Shown in pieces: positions 10,975-23,600 of a stretch of 64,000 bases of DNA. Source of the DNA: Fimbriosthenelais zetlandica. Its lineage: Eukaryota. The translations under genes and the position numbers were made by a program. Below the pieces are notes generated by a model that was not told the origin of the DNA, made no database searches, and saw only the letters and a program-made list of their open reading frames with translations. Where the stretch lies: positions 19,406,001 to 19,470,000 of the forward strand of contig OZ365114.1 in NCBI GenBank assembly GCA_977030845.1, written 5' to 3'. Position 1 is the first letter of the stretch. Each line of letters opens with the position of its first letter.

Positions 10975-11821
10975 GTAAGTCAGTAATACATATAAATGCA
11001 AAGTTTGTAGGTCTGGTGGTTGTATCCTTCTGTATAATCGTAATAAATGTTGTCTCTTTTCCTCATAGGTTTCACGTCAATCTTTGTTTGCGACACACAC
11101 CGCAATAATAGGCCTACAGAACCTAGGTTAAATTTGACTTAGGACTTAGGAAAAGCAGCCTTCATTATCTAAAAAGTTTTAATAGGACGGATAACTGACC
11201 AAGAAAATATGTCGGAGATTGTTCAGGATAGCCAGGTTCGACGATTAGCATGCGTGTGTATTGCAGTGTGTGGAATCCTTGCAATAAATCCATTATAAAC
11301 CATATAAAAAATAGTTATCCTCTTCGCAAGTTGCCCAATTTTCTTTAGGGGAAATTGAATTTTGCATTATGCAATGGATACCGTATGCTTACTTTTATGA
11401 TTAAAGCATGACTCTACTTCAACCCCATCAAACTTGTATTGGATGTTTTCGGCCTTTGTCTTCCATTGACTGAGAATCACCTCCATCTACTAAACATTTG
11501 AAGTCTTAGTTATTATTAATCAATACACTCCCCTAGGTCATCAGTATGTGTACGGTATAGAGTCCTACCCCTCACCACATTACAAGAAGCTTTGTCTGAT
11601 CTGTTTGCTCCATCTCCTCCGACCACATTGTCTAGTAAATTTCTAACCCTTACATCCCATTCTTCGCGATTCTTACTCTGGTAGATTTATAATACGGTAC
11701 GGTAATATAATAATACGGTACATGCTAACCTAGCAGTTAACTCTAAAGTGAATGGCCCTATTGATTTCAGCCATCTATGTCTATGATTATATCCTCATTC
11801 CGTTCCTCTCCTGATATCTAG

Positions 11822-14800
11822 ATGTCTGAAGCAACTCGGCTAAAGGAAGAAGGCAACGCAGCCTTCAAGGCTGGTAACTATGAGGATGCGCTGGCCAGTT
11901 ACACTAAAGCCATCAAGCTTAACCCAAGCAGTGGTGGTGAAACGGGCGTGTATTACAAGAACCGAGCAGCTGTATTCCTCAAACAAGGCAATCACCAGGC
12001 AGCGGCTGATGATGCCAGCAAAGGTGTGTGGATCTATTCATTCAATCTGTTCAAGTATTTACCATATATGAATATCCATCAAAGTTTAACGTAAATCGCT
12101 AAGTATCTTTGCGCAATTTTTTTTTTGTTAGGAAATCTTGAAATGACGGTATTTTTGTCTTTTAAACCCCTATCGCCTATTTGTGAAAGATATCCTAAAT
12201 AATAATATTGTACATCTTTGACTTGCAGCATTGGAGTTTTCTCCTAACGACCCAAAGGCATTATTCCGGCTATGCCAGGCCCACGAAGCGATGGAGAAGT
12301 ATGAGGAAGCCTACAAAGATGCCATGACGTTGATCAGAGTCGATCCCAAAAACTCAGCCGCCCAACAAATCCTTCACCGCCTTAATCCCATTGTTCAAGA
12401 AAGGGTAAGATGATTTCGAATTGAATATGCCTGTTCTTTTATTTTAGATACGCCTTATAAATTTGGAGGTTTGTAGATTTGTTGAGTGCATGGTCACGCC
12501 TGTGTGAGGTTGATTAATGAGCTGTAATACTGTCCATTTTCTTTAATTCCAGGTGAAGAAGTATTCCTCGACAGATCACAAAGTCCAGCAGATGTTTGAC
12601 TTGGCCTTTGGTTCTGAAAATAAAGATGAGGAGAAGAGGCAACAGGCCATGAACAACCTGGTGGTGCTATCCCGGGAGGAGGCAGGCTCCAACATGATCC
12701 TGGCCGGGGGAGGCGTGGCTAAACTTCTCAATCTATTAGAGAAAAGTCGTGATGCTGAAATACAGATAAACACACTCCGTGTCCTCGCCTGCCTGGCCAA
12801 TAACAGCAAAAAGAGGGTGAGTAGAAGCCTAGGCTTAGATTCATATCTAAATTGAGGCATTTTGTAAAAGGGGTTTTAAGAAGAATATTAGTAGAAATTT
12901 ACTGAAGTTATAAAAACCTATTCCATTCTTGAAGATGCCTCCAGTCTAATCCAAATTAAAAAAAATCTCTGTTTTAATCATATCATGTTTCCTCTTCCTC
13001 CTCCTAGGCCGAGCAAGTACTTGGAGAAATGAGTCTGAAGAAGATTATTGTCTACATGTCGGTGGACAATGAGCACATCTCTACGGCTTCTGCGCATCTC
13101 CTCCAGAACATACTCAACTCTATTACTGACATAGAGAATATTAAGAAGGCCCGTGACAAGTATGAGGAGAGGAGGAAGGCAGAGGTGGGATGTAAGGACA
13201 GACCCTGGGCCTGGGCCTCTGATAAAGTTGGTAAGTTCCTTAAACTAGAGCATTCTAGACTCCGATAAAGTTGGTAAGCTCTTCAATGTAGACTGATAAA
13301 GTTGGTATGCTCTTCAATATAGACTCTAATATATAGTATCTAATATATAAATTAAATTAAACTTGGAGTTCTATGAATAATTAAAAGAAAATAAATTAAG
13401 TTGATGTATTTGCTGTATGACAGAGGAGGATGTGATGCCGGTAGTAGATGAAGTGTTCATGGCGCTCATTGCCATGTTAAAGTTCGGCCGCGTATCTGCT
13501 CACGGACGAGACAATGCCATGGAACTCATCATCAAGTTTGTCACAAGAAGGAACGGACTGGGCTGGGAAAGAAAATTCATCCAAAGTGAAGGTAAATATA
13601 TCAGGTTTCTATAGAATATTCTTAATAATATTTAATCCTGTTTCTGAATGATCTGTAAATGACATTTGATGTCCTTGATTTGTATGGCATTATAAATGAA
13701 ATTGTAAAAGATTTTGATCTGAAATATCATTACGATGCAGTAGAATAATTGTATATTTTAATGTTATTTTTCAGGAATTCAGGCCTTGTTAGAAGTGGCT
13801 GGCACAGTGGCAGAACATGACACATTGAAGACGACCACTAACAGCCGTATGCATGCCTCACTAGCCTTGTCTAAGGTCTATGAGGAACTACCTACTGACA
13901 GCGATAGGGACAGATACAGAGATGGAGTTGATGCTTACTTTGTGTAAGTTTCAGTGAAAACATATTTTATATAATGAAATGAAATATATCTGTAATGGAA
14001 TAGGGTACAAGGAAATTAAATATGGATTAATAATATTAAAACGGAATCCTAAACCAAGTCTATAATTATATATTTGACTATGTACCGGTAACTTCAAGTA
14101 ATAATACATTGATATGCGGGCATTTTATGATCACATTGTTTAACTTTTTAGTGACATGTTAGGGGACAACATCATGGAATCTAAACTGGAAGCTATCATG
14201 GCACTATCCGCTTTATTACAAGTGAGTAATTATATGTAAAATACTTTATCTGGCTGTACATCTACAATTTCTGTGTGTTATTCTGTAATATAGTTTTTAA
14301 AAATCTCTATTTGTCGGTGATATTATATTCTGTGACTAATTTAAGATCTCCATCTTTTAGGGACCGTTTGAAGTAGGTAATGCTATTTTAGGTCGGCCTG
14401 GCATATTGGAGATGATGCTGGCTATGGTGGACTCAGGCAACGCAATGCATGTGGTAAAAGCCCTCCTATATCAAAGAACATTATGACCATTTTAACAAAC
14501 ATTATCTTCTATGAGGTCTTCAAATAGTGTCTTATTCCTAATTCTTCATGTAATGTATTCTGTTGAAACAAATCCCAAATTTTATTTTAAAGTTATTTGA
14601 AAATGTTTTATTTTATACCATGGTTTGATGTATTGCAGAAATACGCTGTAGAGGCTCTAGTACAGGCCATATCAAAGAAGGACCGAGCGTCTGGCTTGAT
14701 AAAACAGGCCACACCCATCCTCAAGCAGCTCTACCAATCACAAAATGACCAGGTCAAAGTGCGGGCCTTAGTGGTGAGTGTCTCCAGCCTTCAGTGTAAT

Positions 14801-17800
14801 ACTTGTACAAGTTGTTGATATTCAATGCATGTATATTTTTATGGTGTTATCATTTTTGGTGATTGTAACTAAAGATGTTTTTTGTTTTTCGTTGTCTAGG
14901 GTCTTTGCAAATTGGGATCATTTGGAGGAACAGATGCCAGTATGAAATCTTTTGCTGAAGGATCAACACAAACTTTGGCTAAAGCGTGCAGAAAGTAAGT
15001 ACCATTCTCTCTCTCGCTATATCTTAGTCTCGTTCCGGATTGTAATATTAAAGAAATTAATTAACTTAAACAATTAAAAGTCAATTATTAATTATATTTC
15101 ATGTCTGTGTGGTTGTATTTCAGGTTTTTGGTGAACCCATCTAAGGACGTGGACCTCCGTAAGTGGGCAGCAGAAGGTCTGGCCTTCCTCTCACTGGACG
15201 CCTCTGTGAAGGAGGATCTATGTGATGATAGCGATGCTTTACGATCCTTGATGGACCTGGCCAAGGTCGGTTAAACTATTCACACTCTAAGCCTGTGAAC
15301 ATTCTCAAATCATCTGTATAACCTTTTTTTCTTGTAAATTGTCTAAGCTAAATTTATTGATTTAATATGCTTGGGGAATATCATTGAGTCCTTCCTCTCT
15401 CATTTTTATGTAGGTGACAGATAAAGGAGTCCTGTATCCATGTGCCCAGATCTTCGTCAATGTTACTAACAGTTATGACAAGCAGAAAGCTGAACCCGAG
15501 CTCATAGAACTTGCCAAGTTTGCCCAACATCACGTTCCTGAGGAGCACGAAAAGGTGTGTGTGTGCCTGCCTTCTACAGGCTCCCTTTTCTTCTGTAGTA
15601 CAACATGTTGTATTATATGCATTTGATTTCTAATATACCTTAAAATTAATCGAATGATAGTGATTAGTACAAACTACAGTGAGAATGTTGATACATTTGA
15701 TTACTGTTGATTAATGTTGAACAGGACAAGGGAGACTCTGTGGATGTACGTGTGGAGAAGGTGGTACAGGCTGGAGTGGTGAATGCTCTGGTAGCTCTGA
15801 GTAAGACAGACAGTGAGAACTGTCGGGAGCTTATCTCCAGGGTCTTCCTGGCTATCTGTAAAGATGTCAATCATCGTGGTCTGGTCGTCCAGCAAGGAGG
15901 CGCTAAGGTATGAATATATATCATCTCATCATAGCTTCCTTATATGTTCCATTCAACCCATATCTATTCATTTTTCCTGAAGCAATAGAAACGCTTTCAT
16001 CTTTCTAAATTTCATCAGATATTCTATTCCCTTTGGATTTCGTCGTATATAAAAGTTCTTGATCATGCTCTTATTCTTTTTGTTCAGTCGCTAATCCCTC
16101 TGGCACGTGAAGGAACTACAATTGGGAAGGAACGAGCCTCCCAGGCCTTGGCTAAAATCGCCATCACAAACGACCCAAATATCGCATTCCCTGGACAAAG
16201 GGTAACTAGTCTAAAGCTTATACTTCTACCGTTTTATAGATGAACGTCCCATTAAATAATAAAGATAAAAATGTTAATAGCACTGCTCGTCAATGGCCCT
16301 GGCTATTTGCTATACATGTACTCAGTTTGATCTATTCTGTAGACAAGCAAACAAGACATGTTGTGTCCATATCAAGTAAGGTCTGACAGAGTTGATCCTT
16401 GTCACCCATAATGTGAGGTGCCACGCCAGTATCTGATATCTTATACTAGAACTGCTCACTTGTCATTTACTTTATTTTTCTACCTTGATATTCAGGCAGC
16501 AGAGACGATCAAACCCATCATGTCACTCTTGTCGTTAGAAGCTACATCCATACAGACATACGAGGCTCTACTAGCCCTCACTAACCTGGCCTCCATGAAT
16601 GATAGTATCAGGAAGAGAATGGTAAAGGAAGAGATTGTACCTAACGTAGAGAACTATCTGTATGATGACCACGAGGACCTGAGACGAGGCGCAATGGAGT
16701 GTATGTGTAATCTGGTTATGGAGGAAGAGGTAAGTAAAATCACACATAATTTGCCACATAATTTTATCAATAAATTCTTAATTTACATTGCTATCATCCG
16801 GTGATATTCTGTAACAGGGCCAATATTATTCTTCCACTATTATATAGGACAAAACTACTATAATCTTGAGGCCTTAGGTTTCATAGTGGCGCCTACTGTC
16901 TTCTGATTGAACAGAGCTCCAACGTCAGCCGAGCTCACAAAGAGAAAAAGAGTGACACGGGATTTGCATTAAAGCCTTTAATTTGTTTTACTTTCAGGTT
17001 GTGAAGTTGTTTGAGGGAGAGAATGACCGGGTTAAGATGCTGGTCTTGTTGTGTCATGAGGACGAGGAAGATGAGAGGGTAGTGAGGGGAGCTGCTGGAG
17101 CACTCGCCATGATGTCTTATGAGAAGGTCATCTGTGGTAAAATCACAACAGTAAGTATCTCTCTTCAAACTCAGAATTCTGGCTATTACAATGGTCATCG
17201 TGATAGATTATCAAGTGATATTTATAGTAATGCAAGTCATTGAAGGAAAATGAACATTAAACGAAAATATTTAGAGACTTTATTTTAAAGAACTGCCGTG
17301 TTAACTGCTGTGAAATTGTTACATTTGTTAAATATAAATGTTAATTTTTTGTTCCTATCTCTTGCAGTGCACCAAGCAGTGGTTTGACATCCTCTCTAAG
17401 CTAATGACTCATGCTCTGCCCGACCTCCAACACCGGGGAGTACACATCGTGATGAACCTGATCGCTGCTGATAAGGAGATAGCTACACGTATTGTGGAGT
17501 CCCCCATGATGGAGATTCTCATGGCCATTACTCTACTGGAGGAGCCGCATTATCAAGGCGCTAAAGGTAGGCTGGATATTGGAATCAGAGTGCGGTGTTT
17601 CCTCTGGGCCATGTTCTGTCAACACAAGCTCAGGGTAGAGCAACTTTGATGTATCCCTTATAGCCCAGGCCTCTATAGGCCTATCTCATAATTAGGCATG
17701 TAGGCTAGGCCTATATAGGCCCCATGTTATCCAATAAATTTATATCAATAAAATAGTATATGTGTATACATACATATTGTTTAAACATTTAAACAATATA

Positions 17801-18229
17801 GTTTTTGATTTACACAATAAAAATGTTAACACTAGTTTTTAGTCAATTTAAACAGATATATCGGTACTGTATTTAATTTTCAAATATGTATTGAAATATT
17901 ATATTTGATTGATATATTGATATTTTTCAGGTTGCGCGTTGAAGGCTCTTGAAGCAGCTGTAGAGTGGGGACTCATCAAAGCCAATCCACAGAAGTCTGG
18001 CGCCAGGTCGAAATCAAAGAAACAATCCCAAGAGAAAAAGAAAGAAGTCAAGACTGAGAGTGAGAAAGAGAGTGAGGATGCAGAAGCGAAAGTTACAGAA
18101 ACTAAACAGGAAACTGCTGAGGTTGGCGAGCCAGAAGGTGAAAAAACAGAGAATGACGTCACAGATGATCTAAAAGACGAGAAGGAGGAGAAAACAATCT
18201 CTGAGGAAAAAACCTCTGAAGGGGAATAG
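11822..18229 (+). CDS. UNC45: UNC-45 myosin chaperone (TPR + central + UCS domains), ~1019 aa. Exons 11822-12023, 12229-12404, 12553-12816, 13008-13230, 13424-13591, 13775-13943, 14152-14221, 14361-14453, 14639-14773, 14900-14994, 15124-15265, 15414-15554, 15725-15907, 16088-16201, 16496-16729, 16998-17150, 17368-17566, 17931-18229
   Basis: N-terminal TPR ([25 protein letters not shown]...YYKNRAA) and UCS motifs ([72 protein letters not shown]). Exon lengths sum to 3060 nt in frame. Confidence 0.97.
13221..13325 (+). repeat. Triplicated exon-end/5' splice site unit (GATAAAGTTG|GTA.G)
   Basis: GATAAAGTTGGTAAG at 13221 and 13264, GATAAAGTTGGTATG at 13295. Confidence 0.85.
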
Positions 18230-18894
18230 GAAAGTGGGAAAATTTAAGACATATTTAATCGGGAATCATTGAGTCGAAATTTGTATTTATTTATAATGAA
18301 AATGAAATGGAAACATAATCTGGGAGTTAGTGTTGAATGTGCGTCAGATCCTGGAATGGAATGAATGGAATTTAACTGGCCTGCAATACCAGCGTCTATT
18401 TTTGAGACTAAATGTATTATTTATAGAAATGTTGTTAAGAAAGCTGAATGTAAGTTGCAGATAGACTAGAATTAGCCTACATGGTACGACCATGTAAGAG
18501 ATGTCCGAAGATTATGTTTGTAGGACTGGTAACCTAAATATGCAACTATAGGCCTACTATTACTGGTAAGGTACCGTAAAGGCCTTATACAGTCTTTCAT
18601 GAACCACAATTAAGGAATAGGGACATAAACGATTGTATGGATGGTAGATAGGTTTCATCATAAAACGGACAACAAAAGTTTGCTATATAGGCTTGTGGGT
18701 TTCCACTATATCCTTAATGTCATTGAGAATCTCAAAGCCATCATCGAGATCGAGGTTCAATTTAATACATGGTGCTACATTTATTGATTGATTACCAGAA
18801 TTTTGTGTTAACATCAGTTAACATTGAGTACCGTACTTAAAAGTTTTTGTGGTGTGAATTTCAGTTTTCTCCTCTGAATAAAGTATTTTCAGTT

Positions 18895-19100
18895 ATCTGT
18901 ACCGGTACCGTAGGCCTATGCTATATCGACCTATATTAGGCCCTATAGGCCTACTGTAGATCTCCACCTTTCTTTAATATCTCCTATTAGGCCTATAGGT
19001 TATAACCTAGCCAAACTATGGGCCTCGGCCTATATAGGCCTACCCGTACTGATATTTGGAAAAGCACTCATCTTACGTAGGCCTATGGCGTACTGGTCTA
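18895..19100. repeat. Second field of TA-flanked spacers
   Basis: ccggTAccgTAggccTAtgcTATA...TAggcccTATAggccTActgTA at ~18900-18960, continuing to ~19090. Confidence 0.8.
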
Positions 19101-19736
19101 TGCCTTTCCCATTTTTGGAACTCATTCGGTGAAAGTGTAGGGCATAGACCTATTATACTATCATAAATTATAGCATACGATACCAGGTAGATCTTATTGT
19201 GTTTTCTTTCTATTTGCTTCTTAACTACTAGAAGCTACCACATCTATATCCCCTTTATATTTGTGTGTGTGTTTGTCTCTTGGTTAAAATTGTGAAAGTC
19301 TGTGGATTTTGAAGTAAATTCACCTGACGTTTGTTTATTCTAGGCCTAGGCCTACGCCTATTTTGTATTTTATAACAATGGATTTCTTTAATAAAAGGAA
19401 AGAAAGCATTTTTATTGGCTTTATAAATTACCCATTAAATGTTCTTTGTGTCGATTGAAAGAGAACAAAGTGCCTGAACTCTCATGAGGGCATCAGTCAT
19501 GCATTACATAAAAATCAATGATCCCTATCGGCCATATCACGGGATTAATCAAAGCTAGCCATTCACTGATGGCGAGAAAAATCACATCGCGCACCTGTCA
19601 CCCTTGGGGGCGCGTCCATTCATTTCACATCGCGCTACTGTGACGCGCGCAGCAGCGGAGCGCTCAGCGGCCGTGTTCTAAGAGACAGGTGCAAAAATTG
19701 AAGAAAATTGCGGGCCTGGAAGAGAAATAAAACGCC

Positions 19737-20591
19737 ATGGCGTCTTTCTACGCCGGTTCAAGAATCCTCACACCGGTGGGAGAGTTCTTCGGGCTACCCA
19801 TTGACCAGGTAAAGTGAAATTTAACAGAAATCTTTCCCTCCAACGCCGCCGAATTGGGGGAGTACTGTCAGCTGTCCGGGCAGCGGCGGCTGACGGGTCG
19901 GGGGCGGTGGGTGTTGTAACACGGTCTATACTCGCACAACGTAAGTATTTTGTTGACATTGCTGATGCCAACATGAATGTCTAGATTGTAGCCCTCCTGC
20001 CACTCTCTGTTTATCTACCCTCGTTATTGATGTCTGCCCTATGGCTCCTGTTGATTTGGGACTCAGAGATTCACGATTTGCTGCTACTGACTGTACCACA
20101 ACTAGTGCCAGGTCCCCAGGGCCCAGTGAAATGGTCCCCATTGTCATCCATACAAAGTCATAGACTGTATGATAAGAAATCAATGATTCAATCACAGCTG
20201 TTTTGTGTATATTCACTCTCCCCCAATGAATTCATACTCTAGCCTCTGCAAAAAATGATTTTCTGGCATATATGACTTGATCATTGAAAAGACCAAAAGG
20301 GTTGAACTTAAACTAAAGGAATGTGATGATATCATTATCAATCAAACCTTAGAGTAAAAGGATCAAACTTAGACTAAGATCAGCACCAGGCTGACCATTC
20401 ATTGTTTTTTTCATTTTCTTTACATCTTACAATCTTCCATTGTTTTCAGTAGTGCAATTTGTTGGTTCAGATCAAATGTTGTAGCTACCTTCTACCAACA
20501 TTTCTGATCCCATCTCCCATTGTCATTAATCCCATTTCCCCTTTATGGGGAAAATGGGGTTTTAGATTTTGTGCTCGTTGTTCTACACTAT

Positions 20592-20633
<42 letters not shown>

Positions 20634-23600
20634 GTTGTAGTTAGACTTTTGATGAAAAACGGGTTTATATTAGAGGTAGGAATCTGGTTTTCACACATAT
20701 TGTAGACCATAGTAAGGAGTGGTCAAATGTGATGAATGGATGTCATACGTCATCACATGACGTCATATGACGTCACCAAACCAGCCAAATTGGTAAAATT
20801 TGATTGTAATTTTTTTGGACCCATGCGGATCTAGAATAAGATGAATGGTATGTAGTGTAAAGATACATGATGGACTATAAGTTGACCTACATATTTGACC
20901 TTTGACCTAATTAGTTATGTGTAATTAGGTCAGGGGTATGAAATCTCTCAAATGCCATTTCTTCCCAATTAAAAAATGTTAGAAATTGATTACACTTGGT
21001 TAATAAGAATCCTTTGGGTGGGGCGTATCTGAAAAATAGTTTTTGGTGAAGACCCATGTGACGTAAATGACGTCACATTGATGTAAAATCTAATTAACCC
21101 AATATTTTCAGTTTATTTAATCCAGCAAGTTTATTTTTAAAGACAAAGCTTAAAATGAATTAGATGAATTAAAGTACATAAAAAGACCTGTTGATACCTA
21201 TATTGCATAATGTATTCCACTTGTAAGTTGATTTGTTATAATTTTTTTAATATTTTCCATTTTGGTCAATATTTTCATGCTTTTTTCACTCTGGCAAGTT
21301 TATTTTTAAAGATAGAGCTTAGTATGAATTACAAAAAATGATGCACATAAATAGACCTTTGCATACATCTATTGCATTATGCAGTACAGTAATTCTTTCT
21401 AATTATGCTTTTGAATACACAAAAATTTAAGACAAGTTCAAGGTAGCACCTGCAGCACCCCCCCCCCCCCCCCCCCCCCCACCCCCCAACCCTCCACTCT
21501 CGTGGTCACTTGGATTAGTGAAGAGAGACTTGCCTAAGTCTTTCTTTCTTTAAGCCTATTTTTTATTAGAACTGTTCAGAGAATAACTCTGCTGGTCAAT
21601 CATAACAATGGCATCTATTTTATGAGAAGATTGATTGCACAATGAAATGTTCAGCTTCTTTTTAATGAAAGCAATGACACATCTCTGGTAATTGAAGCAT
21701 TTGAGTCCACATGTAACAGTGAAACTTATATGCCTCATGGCACTGAGAGAATTAAATTAAGTATAAGATAGAGAATATCTAAATCTACAATTTGTAATAC
21801 CTATCAAGAGTTTAGTTTTGTTCTCTCATATTTAAAAACATTAGCCTGAAATTGATTACTTTGACACAATAAGTGATTATCCAACAGAATTATATATAGC
21901 CAAGGGGTTTGTGGTCAAGTCTAGGGGGAGACCCTGACTGGTGTGTATGCTTAGAGGTGTTGTGGTCAAGTCTAGGAGGAAACTCTGTTGTTGCCATGGC
22001 AGCAGGTCAGAATGGTGGGTGGGTGCAAGACTGGAGGATTAGAATAGAGGGCTAGGAGGCTGTGTTGTTATAGCAGTTAAGTACCAGTACTTTGCTTAGA
22101 GACAAGAGTCTAGACAGAAGTTTGAAAATGTTCACTTTACACATAGTGGAATAGGAATTACAAAAAGATGGATTTAGGTGTGTCTATGGGCCTAGAACTA
22201 AAGATTTTACTTTGTCTATGTTTGGAAAGCACTTAGTCCTTGCATGAGGAATTATGTCAAAATGTGAATTTTTGAACTATTTAAATTTCAAAGTGTATTT
22301 TACTATAGAGTAACAGGCATTAAGAAACGATGACTTATATATTAAGTTTTTATGTAAATATTAAGGTTTTAAGTATGTTTTTTTGGTACTCATCTATAAC
22401 TTTCAGTCTGCCTCTCAATACACATTTTTCTCTCAAAGAGGGTCTTTGTTGTGTACACAAGTTTTAGGCTGGTTGTAATTGGCGACCTGGACAGGAGATA
22501 GATAATTGCCTTCAGTCTATTCCTATAAATTAATTCTATAATTATGTTCTATATGAATCATCAGAATTCTTGGTAATGCAACTAAATAATTGATCTCTAA
22601 AGTTAAACGCTGCCTGATTTCACGAGGTTAATCATTGAGGTGTGAGGCTGCCTTGTAAAACTCTCCTGGATATGTCATGATGATATTATAATGGCTTAGT
22701 GTATTTTTAAAGCTTATTCTGGCAGGGGAAATGGGATTATTAATGATTACTAGTAATCGTGGTGGCTAGTTGACTTTGTCTTTTATTATAAGTTTTAACC
22801 ATATATTTCAATAATAATTATGTCCTCATATATAGAGGCTTATCCAATCCAGGGACGCTCCTACCCCCTCCCCCTACACCCAGACACTCACCCCTACCTA
22901 CCCCATTCAGGCTTCACCCTTGTTGCTTATCTGTGTATTCATTTATAAATGTGTGTCCTGGATTGTAACCCCTGATGATGAAAGTGTTCATGCACTGTAT
23001 AATAAACAATCTGACACTTCATTCAAGGACTCCTGCCCATTGTTGAGAGTTATTGAAGGTGCACACGAAACAACTGATAGTGGCAGTATTTATGAGGGCA
23101 TAGTTTTAGGGTCAGGGAAAGGCCACATAATCAGTCATAGAGATACCACAGTCAAAGTGAATACTCAATGCTATCTAAGGTCATACGATCTGATCTTGTA
23201 CTTCTTTTCTTGTATTTCCGCAATGCATGTAAACTTATGCAAAGTGGGACCTAGGCCCTATTACTACAAATAAAGATTTCAACAGTGTAACAAATTATTA
23301 TTCATGTTAAAAAGACGGCAGCCGCCGATTAAAATCTCTGGACGCTGATGGATTTTTGAAGTCGGTCAAGTTAAACCTCACATCTTTATTTGCCTAATTT
23401 ATGTACAAGTGTACACGGTATATTTGACATTGAGACAGACCAAAAAGCAGATAATAGCGGATAAGGCTATGGTTGGGCGGGTAAAAAACAGTTGGGCGAT
23501 TATCATTTGTAGGCTACTTGGGTCGGTAAATTTTTCAGCTTTAGCCTGTTGAAAAAATAGTTAATTTCTTAAAAGTGATGTTTAAATGTATTATACGATT

